Shown here piece after piece: positions 19,574-31,416 of a DNA stretch of 64,000 nt. The notes beneath the pieces are model-generated. The model had not been told where the DNA came from. It did not search any database and was given only the letters and a program-made list of their open reading frames with translations. Source of the stretch: Rhynchopus sp. YZ270_cl-10 (Eukaryota); contig OZ037839.1 in NCBI GenBank assembly GCA_964035575.1, positions 806,001-870,000 of the forward strand, read 5' to 3'. Positions within the stretch are counted from its first letter, which is position 1. Each line of letters begins with the position of its first letter. A program made the translations under genes and the position numbers.

Positions 19574-20527
19574 GCTGTCCCCTTGTGTGTGGTGTTGGCT
19601 TTCACCTGCAGGGGTGGTGTGTGTTGAGGGAAAAGGAGGTCAATGCCATACTGTCATAGGATAGGACATTACAGAGCATAGTGAGATGTCGCAGAGAATT
19701 TCGGAGAAAATCAATACGATTCTGATAGAAATTGACAGTGGAGAGATTGCGCGACTGTGGCAACACCGAGGCAACTACACCACTCCAACAATTTATCAGA
19801 AAAAGAAGAAGAAAAAACAAAGAGTGGAGGAGAGAGGCTGCATTAATAGGTTAGTTGACGCCACGGGTCGGTTTAGGAATTTTCTGGGAAATCCTGTTCC
19901 GTACCATCCCGTACCGCCCTCGAACTCTCCCAAATCCCCCCATACCGTCCCATACCCTCCCGTACCCTCCCACACTCCGTCCCATACCGTCCCGTACCGC
20001 CCCCCTAATCGGTGTGGGAGTTGCTCTCTTTTGCGTGCGAATTGTACACGAGAACTGCAAACCGGGCCGGTCTGGGTTTGAGGTATACGGAAAGGCCATA
20101 TTTTGTGAATTTGCAGCTGGACGACGGCAAATTGACCCCACTACAGCGCGGACAGATTCCGGAAATGCCAATCGCGGTATGTTTTGGGGCTGAAAATTTT
20201 TCACCTGAAAATTTTTTTGAGCAGCATTTTTTGGCCGAAAATGGGCCCCAGCTATTAGTGACTGGGCTCATATTTTCAAAAATTTAAGTGGTCAAAAAAT
20301 TGTCCAATTTTCGACATCGACCCCACCACTTTCTGGACGGATTCCGGAAATGCCAAAAAACTGTGTTTTGGGTCACCCGTTTTTGGGGCCCCTGAGGCGA
20401 TTTTATATAAAAAACCCACAGGATCACCCTGTTCCCACAACTTTTTTTCAAGAAAAACTTTTTTTTTTGCGCGCGCGCGCATTTTTTTTTCAGGGTCAGC
20501 GAGCGGGAAACGAAAAAAAGAAAAGTT

Positions 20528-21945
20528 TATAAGATGATCCTAAGCCTCTCGTGCTCAGTCACCTTATCATATTCGTTATCGCACAGCTTCAGCTGCGCTG
20601 GCTTCTACAAGTTTGTTGTCAGGGATGATGTCATTTCCCCAGCCGGAGTTCGTAATTTTGGCACGTACGATGACGTGTTCGAGCATGTGCATAGTGTAGC
20701 GCGGGTACGTAAAAACTGGGCGACGGTCGTAGCCAATAAGTCCGGGTGCGCCAATGGACCGGAGGCCCCGTGAGGAGGAGATGGCAGATGCGGGAAATGG
20801 GTTTTGAATCCCAAGGGCTTTGCACAGGCGGTGAAGCTTGTTGAGCAATGTGCGCAAGGCGGCGGCCCGTTCTCTAATGTTAGAGGTTGGCCGGAGAACG
20901 TAGATCCTGTGGAAAATTTCCAGGTCAATGGCAAGTTCCACGCATGTCACAGGCAGGTTGGCGGTGCTCCATTTCAGGGAGGAGGCCCATAGGAGCATTT
21001 GCTTCAGTTCGCGGCGCTTCTGCTTGCATCTCGGATCATCGTCCTTCCCAAAGAAAGGGGCGAGCTGCCGGTAGATGGCCTCCTGGTATGGGGGCGCATC
21101 GAACACTTCAAAGTCCATACGCCATGGGTGGCGTGCAGGCGCTGTGGTCGTCCGCGAGGACAGGTGATCATCTACTGCGGTGGTGACGTCCAGCAGGTAT
21201 CTCTGCATGTCGGTTACTACGTGCTTGGGCGTGTTCGTGGGAGCTATGCCATGCATAGCCAGGCAACTCGGGGTGTTCGGGCCGATCCTGTCGAGGAGAG
21301 GGCGGTGCGCTTCCTTCACGTTAGCAGACACAGTGTGCGGGCAAGTCCACAGCAGGTGCTTCGCCAGCCCGGAGGTTGGTGTGAGGCATAAGGGGCACTG
21401 ATTCACTTCGAGGTGTATGCCACCTCTCTTTGTTGACTCGTATAGGCACAGCACCGTAGGGTGCGCGTAGAGTATCCCATCGCAGATGATACGTCGGAGG
21501 CGGTAAGCTAGCAGGGGGTGGGACCACTGCAGTTGGTCGTGCAGGTACGTGGTGTCGGCGAGGTTGACACCGTATTGAGCGCCGTCGTAAGTCGGTCTGT
21601 CCAAGGCAAGATCTGTGAACTTCTGTCGTCGGACGATTTCGCGAATGGCGTGGTGTCGTTCACCTGGCGCGAGAAGACCTAGGGCGTGTGTCTTCTCTTC
21701 TTCCACGGGGGCACTCGAGAGCTCCGTAACGGTTGTTAGGTCGTCACACCATCTCACGCCTGTCAGTATGCTAGTGGAGGTCATGTTGCCGACCGGCCCG
21801 TGGGGGCGGAAGTCCCAGCCTCCTCCTGCGTTGTACCTCTTGTGTATCGACAGGCATCGTTCTCTCAGTGTTGCGTCAAATGCTATGTGGTCAAGCACTA
21901 GTTTTCTTGGTGTGGCACCTCACATGCTTGTTTGCATACCACCCT
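20528..21945 (-). mobile_element. 5'-truncated non-LTR retrotransposon relic (C-terminal Zn-finger region and 3' end; ORF 20576-21898)
   Basis: CPLC..HLLWTC finger, VELAIDLEI and GLIGYDRRPVF match CPYC..HMWWEC, MELLIDFEV and GLAGIDCRPVF of the element at 40.7-46.2 kb. No RT core left; 5' boundary approximate. Confidence 0.8.
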
Positions 21946-22379
21946 GACCAGTGGTATACAAAATTTTGGCTCCTAACTTAGAACCCAAAACTCAAAAATG
22001 TTCGAAAACGTCTCTATTTGCGTTTTTGGAATCCGTCCGCACTGTGGTGGGGTCAATTTGCAGAATTGGGCAAGTTCTTGGTTTTTGTTAAAATGAGTAC
22101 GGTGCCAGTGTGATGTTAGTGTAGAGAACAAGTTTTCTAAGAAACCCCCTCATAGCACCTCCGGCACGCGGCCTGGTGCGCCCTCTATGTTTTGTTCAGA
22201 AAACATCAAAATCCCCGCTCCTTGCACAATCTGGAAGAAAGCTTTTAAACAAGGCAGGCGGTTCACACCCGCCCGGCGAATCACGCGATAGAAGTCATGT
22301 GGCAAATGGAAATTTGCCACATGACTTCTAAATCACTACTAAAAATCACTAAAAAATATTTATCCACATATTTATTTAC

Positions 22380-24305
22380 CTAAACAGAATTATCAACAAA
22401 GATTGAATCCTTCTTGCATTGTCTCCTGCAGGTCACAGGCAAGTACAGAACATCACAGCCCCCAGAAGACGCAACCACGTTCACAGGCGTGTGTGCTGGT
22501 TCCTTCCTCTCAACTGCCGCAACATCTTCTGCAGAGCACTCTCCCCTCATGAAGCTGCGCACTGCCAAGTTGTAGTCCTCCCAGTCCTTCTTCCCGCCAA
22601 CCACGTACATCCACTCCTCCACCACTGAGGCTGCCCTCCCTCCTTTCGGAACAACCAACTCAGCAACAACCTCCGCATCACAGCCGGCAGCAAGCTCGAT
22701 CTTGCAGGGGATCAGACGCAGTTGGTGTTCGCACTCACCGTCGCTGAAGCAGAGGCGGTTGCACAGCACACTGCACCCCAACACACGGCCGGCACGTGCC
22801 AGCACGTTCACGTCACGAGCAAGTGTGCCCACCATGCTGAAGCGGCGCATCACTTCACACCCCATGTCACCACACAGCACCTTCCCAGTCGCAACTCCCA
22901 TGTTCACATGTGGTGCGATGTTGTTGTCATCACCACGCAGCAGCAATGTGGCAGCGTGCAGTGCTGAGGTTGCGTGTGGTGCACACTGTTTTGATGTGTT
23001 GAACGAGCAGTGGATCCTGTCCCCAACAAAGACGTCCACCATCCCACGACGCAAGTCTGTTGCCTGCAACATCTTCAGAAGAAGAGTTGTGAACAGGTCG
23101 GAGAAGCGCGCACTGTCCTCCTCCAAGCGGTGCAACGTGTCTTTGATGTTCAGTGTCAGCAGTGTTGCCCTTGTTGAGGACAGACCCAGTGGCTGAACAC
23201 ACGTCGGCTGTAAAGCGGCCCTTGAGCTGTTCTGTGACACTGTTGTGTCGGAGTCACACTCAGAATCATCCTTCGCTTCCTCCTTGTCAAAAGGCAGACA
23301 CGTCTGCGGGAGGTATGCCTTGTACTTCCGCAGGTTCTCCTCTATACTCTGCAGTGCGTCCCTCATCCCCTCAGGCAGCGCAGCCTCGTGAACCTTCAGC
23401 ATCTCCGCAACCCCCTCCACGTCGTACCCCGCAAGCAGCGACGCGATCTCCTGCACAGTGCTGATCGTCCGCTCCATTGTTGCCTGCTCCTTCAGGATCG
23501 CCCTTGCAAACCCTCTCGTTGCGATGAAGTCAATCACGAACACCATCACCGCACCCAAGGTGATAGTGGCAGAAGGTATGGCACACGGGAGCTTATCACA
23601 GTTGGCCCTCTCCTCAAAGTAAGCCCTCCTCCCGAACTCACCACCCTGCGGCACAAGACCAGGTAGGTCGAAGATGCCAAACCTGAAGGACTCCTCCACA
23701 GTCATGACAGCCATCCACACAAGCACAACACACACCAACCCAGCAGTGTAACGTGTGGGCACCTGCATCACAAGCAACATATCCACAACGAGCACCAGTG
23801 GTGCCCAGTATGTATCACCGTTGCAGCGAGCAATCAGATCGGCACTCAATATTATCAACGCAATCACATAACAAACACCAACCACGACAGGTGTCGTCAA
23901 CTTCTTCTTGCACAAGGTGTGCAACACCGAGAGCAGTGACGTGACCACCCCTGTAATCGTGGACCAGCGACGCAGCCCGCCGTATTGGTAACCGGTTGCC
24001 GAGAAGAACATCATAAATACAAGCAATGTGCAGCTGACCGCAAAGAACAGCTCACGCTTCCTCCCCTCCTTTGCGTCAAGTGTGCCATCCAGCGTCAGTG
24101 CACTCCCAATGTAACGTGGCCACCGCAGCTTCATTGCGACAACCCCAGCTGTCCGTGTCAAGAATGCGACAGCCGCTTGGTCGACCTTTTCCCTTTCTTC
24201 TGGTGTCCAAACTGTGTTTTTACCTGAGGGTGCATTTTGTGGTGAGGAAGATGAACATAAAGGCGGACAAATACACAACAGACGTTTTGTTGCTTTCACA
24301 ATCAC
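22380..24305 (-). CDS. Multi-TM receptor-type class III adenylate/guanylate cyclase-like protein, catalytically degenerate (first in-frame ATG at 24134)
   Basis: About 6 hydrophobic helices, a helical linker (LRKYKAYLPQ), then cyclase-like motifs GMVDVFVGDRIHCSFN and GVATGKVLCGDMG..RRFSMVG. Confidence 0.8.
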   Translation of the reverse strand: MIVKATKRLLCICPPLCSSSSPQNAPSGKNTVWTPEEREKVDQAAVAFLTRTAGVVAMKLRWPRYIGSALTLDGTLDAKEGRKRELFFAVSCTLLVFMMFFSATGYQYGGLRRWSTITGVVTSLLSVLHTLCKKKLTTPVVVGVCYVIALIILSADLIARCNGDTYWAPLVLVVDMLLVMQVPTRYTAGLVCVVLVWMAVMTVEESFRFGIFDLPGLVPQGGEFGRRAYFEERANCDKLPCAIPSATITLGAVMVFVIDFIATRGFARAILKEQATMERTISTVQEIASLLAGYDVEGVAEMLKVHEAALPEGMRDALQSIEENLRKYKAYLPQTCLPFDKEEAKDDSECDSDTTVSQNSSRAALQPTCVQPLGLSSTRATLLTLNIKDTLHRLEEDSARFSDLFTTLLLKMLQATDLRRGMVDVFVGDRIHCSFNTSKQCAPHATSALHAATLLLRGDDNNIAPHVNMGVATGKVLCGDMGCEVMRRFSMVGTLARDVNVLARAGRVLGCSVLCNRLCFSDGECEHQLRLIPCKIELAAGCDAEVVAELVVPKGGRAASVVEEWMYVVGGKKDWEDYNLAVRSFMRGECSAEDVAAVERKEPAHTPVNVVASSGGCDVLYLPVTCRRQCKKDSIFVDNSV

Positions 24306-25766
24306 ATCACCGAGGTGTGGGTTGTGTCCTCAATGCAGGCCGACGCCTGCAACCACTTCACCTACTTCATGGTGATGACCAACGAAGCTGAAGACGCGGA
24401 GAAGAACCCGCAGGTGGCAGTGCTTGCACTGGTAGACAAGCTCGCCACAATAACCCTTTTTCACTCGTTTATCTCGTTCAAACCCGTAAACGAGGGGGGG
24501 GGGGAACAAAACATCGGGGGGGTGACCAAATTTTGAGATCCAAATCCTAGCGGAAGCCCTGGGGGGGAAAAAATTTAAGAGAGAAAAAAGGAAAGCCATA
24601 AACGAAGTCAGAACAGTAAAACAGATGCTCCGTTTTGGGTGAAATGGGAGGCCGAAAAACAAAGTTGCGCCAGATTTGCAACATTTTAGGAACGCCCAAT
24701 ATATTTTACTTAACACGACACTTTTGCATTCGCACAAAAGACACGATGAGAGGGTTACGCAACACACACGCTACACAGGTATGGGGGGCAGTGCGTTTGG
24801 CTGCCAAAGAACAGCTCGAGGTGGGGCTCATGACTCATGAAGGTTGCTGGATAGTATGGTTTTCTTATCTTCTATTTTTCCTGCATTTTTTATTCACTTC
24901 TTTTGTTTTGGTTGTTGTTAGATACGCTCAATCGCCTATCGAGTTCTGTGAATAGCACAGACAACTCCTTTTCATGTGTATCCATGGAAAGACAGTATCA
25001 TATGTGACCAGGCACTCCGCTAGGTACTAAAGTTCTGTTGATTGTCAACAGAACTTTTTGAAAATGGGGAAAAAAAGAAAAAAAAAAAAAGTTCTGCTAA
25101 GTGGTTCAGACCCGTTCTACCTGTCAAAAAAGCTCAGGAGAAGAAGATATGGAGAGGTGAGTGCTCAAACGTCCCAAAAAAGTCAAATTCGGGCGTTGGT
25201 AAAAAAAAAAGTTGCGTACCGTGCGCCTGCGGCGCAAGCATGTACCCCACCAACGTGGACCATCAACAGAATATTTTCAAAATCAGAAATCCTAGCGGAG
25301 AGCCTGTATGTGACACACAAAAAAAAAAAAATTGAAAAAAAGGTGTCGTTGAGAAAAAGCGAACAACGGACGCGCTGTGGGAACATAACGAGTGTTTCTC
25401 TGCGCATGATATTTTGTGGGGAAGAATAAAACATCGTGAAAAAAAGCTCGTTGCGTTCCCACTATCGTTTCCGCTGCGCTCTCATTAACGTTCCCACTCC
25501 ATTCGGTTTTCTCTTACTTAAGAAATAAGGGGAAATAAAAAGGGAAAAATACATTCATATACAGGGGAAAAATAAAAAGTGGAGATTGCACAACTGTGGC
25601 AACACAACCGAGGCAACTACACTACTCCAACAATTTATCAAAAAAAAATAAAAAAATCAGAACTCCTTATTCTCATTCTCACTAAGGAACAGCCCTGTAT
25701 CCATCCTCTCGCTTTTTTTGAAACTCCCAAAAGACCCTAAACCCCGAAAAGACCCTCCAACTGCCC

Positions 25767-27317
25767 TTACTTGTCATGTTCCTGCTTGTCCCCGCCCCCT
25801 AGTGCTTGCATCAAAGCTTCTCCTTCCTGTCCTGCTTTCAATGCAATACATTGTCTTGCATCTCCAGACACGTCTGCTTGTACTTCCTCAAAAGCTTCTA
25901 TCCGCACACCTCCGAACTGTTCCGTAAACCTTGCGTAAATCTCACGCACACGTACATAGAAGGTCTTCGTGAGTCCAGTGTCATGGTTCTTTTGGGCTTC
26001 ATTCGGGAGAGACATCTCGTGAATGTCGATGTTGCCTGGCAAGACGACTGTTGTGAGTGCGTTACAGTTGAGCAGGAAGTAACGCTGGATAATTGTGTCC
26101 CTGCCAAAACCTGACATGTCCAGCGTCGTCAAGGACGTGCAATCTTGCAAGAAAGATATATCAATCTGCGTAACATTGCTCATTCCTGAGAAGTCTGCTG
26201 TTGTCAACGCGGAGCACCCTTGCAACCAGCTTGGCTCAATCTCTGTGATGCTGTGCAACACTGATAAATCAACTGTTTTCAATGAAGAACAGTGACCAAG
26301 AAAGCAGTTCTTGATGTCTGTGGCACTCCCAAAAGCTGAAAGGTCGATACTTCCCAGCGAGGTGCAGATCGCAAGAAAGCTGTGCTCTACCTTTACAACT
26401 CTGTGCAGTGCTGATAAGTCAACCGTTTCCAACGAGGTGCAGCCCGCACAAAAGCAGTTCCCAATTTCCGTCACATTCGTCATCCCTGAGAAGCTGATGG
26501 TGGTCAACGACGAGCAGCCGGAGAGAAATCCGGAGCCGATCTTCGTGACACTGCCAAATGCCGACAAATCAATGATTGCCAACGAGGTGCAGTGCGACAG
26601 GAAGCTGTCCTCAATGTGCGTGATTCTGCGCCATCCTGAGATGTCAATCCTTTCCAACGACTGGCAGTTAAACAAGAAGTATGTACCAACCTCCGTCACA
26701 CTCGTCATATGGGATAAGTCAAGATTTGTGACGCCACTTTCACGGAGGAACGAGCTCCCTATCACCGTCACACCAGTGAACCCTGACACGTCAAGACTTG
26801 TCAACGATGGGCAGTCAAAGAGACAGAAACTCCCAATGTGCGTAACGTTGCACAATCCCGACAAGTCAACGGTTTCCAGCGACGCACACCCGGAGAGGAA
26901 GCCTTGCTCAATTCGTGTCACACCAGACACAGCAGAGAGATCAAGTGTCGCGAACGCTGTCTCCTGTAGGAAGCAGTTCGGAATAACAGTCGCAACCTCC
27001 GCCTGAAGAAGCAGAGAAGCCACCTCAGGATCCCTCACAGTCGCCAACCTCGCTTCGGAAATGTCTGTCTCACCCAAGGCACGAAGTGCTTCAACAGATT
27101 TGTACTTCGTCGACTTCGTCAATACGACTGTGTCTCCAGCACTCAGTTCTGTGATGTCCTCTCCTTCCTCCTTCCCTCCGAAGCCCATGCGGAAGCTGTC
27201 TTCGCACAACCCTGTTGCAGACGCCACCTTCTGCCGCATCGTCTCCGTTGTGTCGTTCTCACCCACCTCAATCACGAATTTGGTTTCATCATCGTATCCC
27301 TGCACACACAGTTCCAT
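25767..27317 (-). CDS. UBL + BspA-type LRR protein, paralogue 1 (FG tail lost or frameshifted)
   Basis: Shared N-terminus MELCVQGYDDETKFVIEVGENDTTETMRQKVASATG (beta-grasp-like); about 24-aa repeats IGxxFLxxCxSLxxxDLS. Confidence 0.88.
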   Translation of the reverse strand: MELCVQGYDDETKFVIEVGENDTTETMRQKVASATGLCEDSFRMGFGGKEEGEDITELSAGDTVVLTKSTKYKSVEALRALGETDISEARLATVRDPEVASLLLQAEVATVIPNCFLQETAFATLDLSAVSGVTRIEQGFLSGCASLETVDLSGLCNVTHIGSFCLFDCPSLTSLDVSGFTGVTVIGSSFLRESGVTNLDLSHMTSVTEVGTYFLFNCQSLERIDISGWRRITHIEDSFLSHCTSLAIIDLSAFGSVTKIGSGFLSGCSSLTTISFSGMTNVTEIGNCFCAGCTSLETVDLSALHRVVKVEHSFLAICTSLGSIDLSAFGSATDIKNCFLGHCSSLKTVDLSVLHSITEIEPSWLQGCSALTTADFSGMSNVTQIDISFLQDCTSLTTLDMSGFGRDTIIQRYFLLNCNALTTVVLPGNIDIHEMSLPNEAQKNHDTGLTKTFYVRVREIYARFTEQFGGVRIEAFEEVQADVSGDARQCIALKAGQEGEALMQALGGGDKQEHDK

Positions 27318-27635
27318 TGTTTCGAGTGACGTGTTGCTCTGTTTTGGGGTAAGTGTTGAGAAGGAGGAGGAGGGAGGCAAGATACAACAAAATAGCTTTC
27401 TTGTTTGTTTTTCACTTAACTGTGTGGTAGAAAAGACCCTGGTCTGACACGTTGTTCACAAAAAGCGGTGGGACACTCCGGGTTGTCAGAGTTGTGCACC
27501 AAACCTGCCAAATATTCCACCCCATCTCGAAAGGGAATCCAAATATGAAGTTGATATTTTCACCGAAGTGTTCTTCACACACAAATCACCAAACCCCCCA
27601 AACCCCTCTGTTCATCCAGCTTGTCCTGCTCCTGT

Positions 27636-29129
27636 TTATGCTGCCCCCAACTCTCCAAATCCTCTTTTTGTTCCTCTTTTTTGTCCTCTTTTTTTCACTC
27701 TCTTTTGTCCTGCTTTCAATGTAATACATTGTCTTGCACTTCCAGACACGTCTGTTCGTACTGCCTCAAAAGCTTCCATCCGCACATCTTCGAACTGTTC
27801 CGTAAACCTTGCGTAAATCTCACGCACACGTACAGAGAAGGCCTCCTTGTAGGTGCTCATTCTAGGGTCTCCATTCGGGAGAGACAACATCTCGTCAATG
27901 TCGATGTTGCCTGGCAAGACGACTGTTGTGAGTGCGCTGCAGTTGATCAGGAAGCGGCGATGGATCTCTGTGCTCCTACCTATACCTGACATGTCCAGCG
28001 TCGTCAAGGATGTGCAATCTTTCAGGAAACCACCATCAATCTGTCTAACATTGCTCAGTCCTGATAAGTCTGCTGTTGTCAACGCGGAGCACCCTTCCAT
28101 CCAGCCTGGCCCAATGTGTGTGATGCTGCGCAACACTGATAAATCAACTGTTTTCAATGATGAACACTGCAAAAGAAAGTTGGTCCCGATGCCACAACCC
28201 ACCTTCACAACTTTGTGCAGTGCTGTCGAGTCAATCGTTTCCAACGAGGTGCAGGCCCAACAAAAGCTGTTCCCAATTTCCGTCACATTCGTCATCCCTG
28301 AAAAGCTGATGGTGGTCAACGACTTGCAGTTGAAGAGAAACTCGGAGCCGATCTTCGTGACACTGCAAAAAGCTGACAAATCAATGCTTGCCAACGAGGT
28401 GCAGCTCGACAGGAAGTTGTTCTGAATGTGTGTGATTCTGCGCCATCCTGAGATGTCAATCCTCTTCAACGAATTGCAGGAGGCAAGAAAGTCTGCACCA
28501 ACCTTCGTCACACTCGTCATATGGGATAAGTCAAGATTTGTGACGCCACATCCTTGGAGGAACCTGTTCCCTATCACCGTCACACCAGTGAACCCTGACA
28601 CGTCAAGGCTTCTCAACGATGTGCAGTCATAGAGACAGTAGTCCCCGATGTGCGTAACGTTGCACAATCCCGACAAATCAACGGTTTCCACCGACGCACA
28701 CTTGTAGAGGAAGTAGTCCTCAATTCGTGTCACACCAGACACAGCAGAGAGATCAAGTCTCGTAAACGATGCTTGCGACAAGAACCAGTTCGGAATAACA
28801 GTCGCAACCTCCGCCTGAAGAAGCAGAGAAGCCACCTCAGGATCCTTCACAGTCCGCAACCTCGCTTCGGAAATGTCTGTCTCACCCAAGGCACGAAGTG
28901 CTTCAAGAGATTGGTATTTCGTCGACTTCGTCAATACGACTGTGTCTCCAGCACTCAGTTCTGTGATGTCCTCTCCTTCCTCCTTCCCTCCGAAGCCCAT
29001 GCGGAAGCTGTCTTCGCACAACCCTGTTGCAGACGCCACCTTCTGCCGCATCGTCTCCGTTGTGTCCTTCTCACCCACCTCAATCACGAATTTGGTTTCA
29101 TCATCATATCCCTGCACACACAGTTCCAT
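27636..29129 (-). CDS. UBL + BspA-type LRR protein, paralogue 2
   Basis: Same UBL head and LRR framework, about one repeat deleted; degenerate FG-tail remnant around the stop. Confidence 0.88.
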   Translation of the reverse strand: MELCVQGYDDETKFVIEVGEKDTTETMRQKVASATGLCEDSFRMGFGGKEEGEDITELSAGDTVVLTKSTKYQSLEALRALGETDISEARLRTVKDPEVASLLLQAEVATVIPNWFLSQASFTRLDLSAVSGVTRIEDYFLYKCASVETVDLSGLCNVTHIGDYCLYDCTSLRSLDVSGFTGVTVIGNRFLQGCGVTNLDLSHMTSVTKVGADFLASCNSLKRIDISGWRRITHIQNNFLSSCTSLASIDLSAFCSVTKIGSEFLFNCKSLTTISFSGMTNVTEIGNSFCWACTSLETIDSTALHKVVKVGCGIGTNFLLQCSSLKTVDLSVLRSITHIGPGWMEGCSALTTADLSGLSNVRQIDGGFLKDCTSLTTLDMSGIGRSTEIHRRFLINCSALTTVVLPGNIDIDEMLSLPNGDPRMSTYKEAFSVRVREIYARFTEQFEDVRMEAFEAVRTDVSGSARQCITLKAGQKRVKKRGQKRGTKRGFGELGAA

Positions 29130-29706
29130 TGTTTCGAGTGACGTGTTGCTCTGTTGTGGGGTAAAGTGTTGAGAAGGAGGAGGAGGTCAAGATACAACAA
29201 AATAGCTTTCTTGTTTGTTGTTGTCCTTCCGTAATATTCCGTACTTTTCTTTTCCCCACCCATTTGCTTTAACCTTGCTTGCATGGGGTGATCTGAGGAC
29301 TTTTTTACAATACCCCCCATTCTCTATTTTGCTGTCGTCCTCTCTTTGTTCACCGTATCCATCCTCTCTCTCTCTCTCTCTTTTTTGAAACATCCAAAAG
29401 ACCCGAAAAACCCTCAAAAACCCACGTATTGCAAGAGCTCTGTGCGAAGAAGAACTGAGAGTTGCATTACAAGGGTGGAGTGACATGAAATGAAATGAAC
29501 CGGTGACAAAAGGTGAAGGCGATCTCTGTTAATGGTATGCACTTCGTATGTTCTTCAAATGCCTACCGACTGAACGTGCTACACTATTCATGAAAACAAA
29601 AACAAAATCGACCTAAAAGGCTCAACAATTTTTGTGCAAATGAAGTTCGATATGTTCACCGTCTTCTTCACACAAGTCACCAAACCCGCCAAATGCTCCT
29701 GCTTCC

Positions 29707-31416
29707 CTACTCCTGCTTGTGTTGCTCCTGTTTGTCCCGTCCAAACCCTCCAAACCCTCCTGCTTGCAAATCTCCTGTTTGTCCCGTACCAAGCCTCCTC
29801 CTTTTCGTCCTCCCTGTTTGTCCTGCTCCAAGTCCTTCTGATAGTCCTTCTCCTGTTTGTCCTGCCCCAAACCCTCCAAATCCTCCTGCTTGTCCTCGTC
29901 CTGATGTGCTTACATCAGACCGTTCTCTCTCTTGTCCTGCTTTCAATGCAATACATTGTCTTGCACTCCCAGACACGTCTGTTCGTACTGCCTCAAAAGA
30001 TTCTATCCGCACATCTTCGAACTGTTCCGTAAACCTTGCGTAAATGTCACGTACATGTGCATGGAAGGTCTTCGTGCCGTCGCTCAAGCCCACGTTTGCA
30101 TGAATGTCGATATTGCCTGGTACGAAGAGTGTTGTGAGTGCGTTGCAGTTGAGCAGGAAGTCGCAGCTGATTGTTGTGTCACTGCCAAAACCTGATATAT
30201 CCAGCGTGGTCAAGGATGTGCAATCTTGCAGGAAATATGCATCAATCTGCGTAACATTGCTCATTCCTGAGAAGTCTGCTGTTGTCAACGCGGAGCACTC
30301 TTGCATCCAGCCGCCCTCAATATGTGTGATGCTGCGCAACACTGATAAATCAACTGTTTGCAATGATGAACACTCTTTTAGAAACGCTGACCCAACAAAC
30401 CCCCCTGACCCAATGGCTGTGACATTGCCAAAAGCTGAAAGGTCGATACTTCCCAGCGAGGTGCAGCTCTCAAGAAAGCCATACTCTACCTTCACAACCC
30501 TGTGCAGTGCTGATAAGTCAATCGTTTTCAACGAGGTGCAGTACGAACAAAATGCCATGTCAATTTCCGTGACATTGGTCATCCCAGAAAAGCTGACGGT
30601 GGGCAACGACTCGCAGCAGGTGAGAAAGTCGGAGCCGATCTTCGTGACATTGCCAAATGCTGACAAATCAATCGTTGCCAACGAAGTGCTGTGCGACAGG
30701 AAGTTGTTCTCAATGTGCGTGATTCTGTGCCATCCTGAGATGTCAATCTTTTCCAACGACTGGCAGTAGGCAAGAAAGTATGCACCAACCTCCGTCACAC
30801 TCGTCATATGGGATAAGTCAAGCTTTGTGATGCCAGTTCCTTTGAAGAACGAGTCCCCTATCACCGTCACAGCAGTGAACCCTGACACGTCAAGGCTTGT
30901 CAACGATGGGCAGTCAGAGAGAAAGAAACGCCCAATGTGCGTAACGTTGCACAATCCCGACAAATCAACGGTTTCCACCGACCTACAACTGTAGAGGAAG
31001 TGGTGCTCAATTCGTGTCACACCAGACACAGCAGAGAGATCAAGTCTCGTAAACGATGCTTGCGCCAAGAACCAGTGCGGAATAACAGTCGCAACCTCCG
31101 CCTGAAGAAGCAGAGAAGCCACCTCAGGATCCTTCACAGTCGCCAACCTCGCTTCGGAAATGTCTGTCTCACCCAAGGCACGAAGTGCTTCAACAGATTG
31201 GTACTTCGTCGACTTCGTCAACACGACTGTGTCTCCAGCACTCAGTTCTGTGATGTCCTCTCCTTCCTCCTTCCCTCCGAAGCCCATGCGGAAGCTGTCT
31301 TCGCACAACCCTGTTGCAGACGCCACCTTCTGCCGCATCGTCTCCGTTGTGTCGTTCTCACCCACCTCAATCACGTATTTGGTTTCATCATCATATCCCT
31401 GCACACACAGTTCCAT
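29707..31416 (-). CDS. UBL + BspA-type LRR protein, paralogue 3 (short degenerate FG tail)
   Basis: Same architecture; a few GGFGGFG units, then a frameshift before the family C-terminus GFGDLCEE. Confidence 0.88.
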   Translation of the reverse strand: MELCVQGYDDETKYVIEVGENDTTETMRQKVASATGLCEDSFRMGFGGKEEGEDITELSAGDTVVLTKSTKYQSVEALRALGETDISEARLATVKDPEVASLLLQAEVATVIPHWFLAQASFTRLDLSAVSGVTRIEHHFLYSCRSVETVDLSGLCNVTHIGRFFLSDCPSLTSLDVSGFTAVTVIGDSFFKGTGITKLDLSHMTSVTEVGAYFLAYCQSLEKIDISGWHRITHIENNFLSHSTSLATIDLSAFGNVTKIGSDFLTCCESLPTVSFSGMTNVTEIDMAFCSYCTSLKTIDLSALHRVVKVEYGFLESCTSLGSIDLSAFGNVTAIGSGGFVGSAFLKECSSLQTVDLSVLRSITHIEGGWMQECSALTTADFSGMSNVTQIDAYFLQDCTSLTTLDISGFGSDTTISCDFLLNCNALTTLFVPGNIDIHANVGLSDGTKTFHAHVRDIYARFTEQFEDVRIESFEAVRTDVSGSARQCIALKAGQERERSDVSTSGRGQAGGFGGFGAGQTGEGLSEGLGAGQTGRTKRRRLGTGQTGDLQAGGFGGFGRDKQEQHKQE

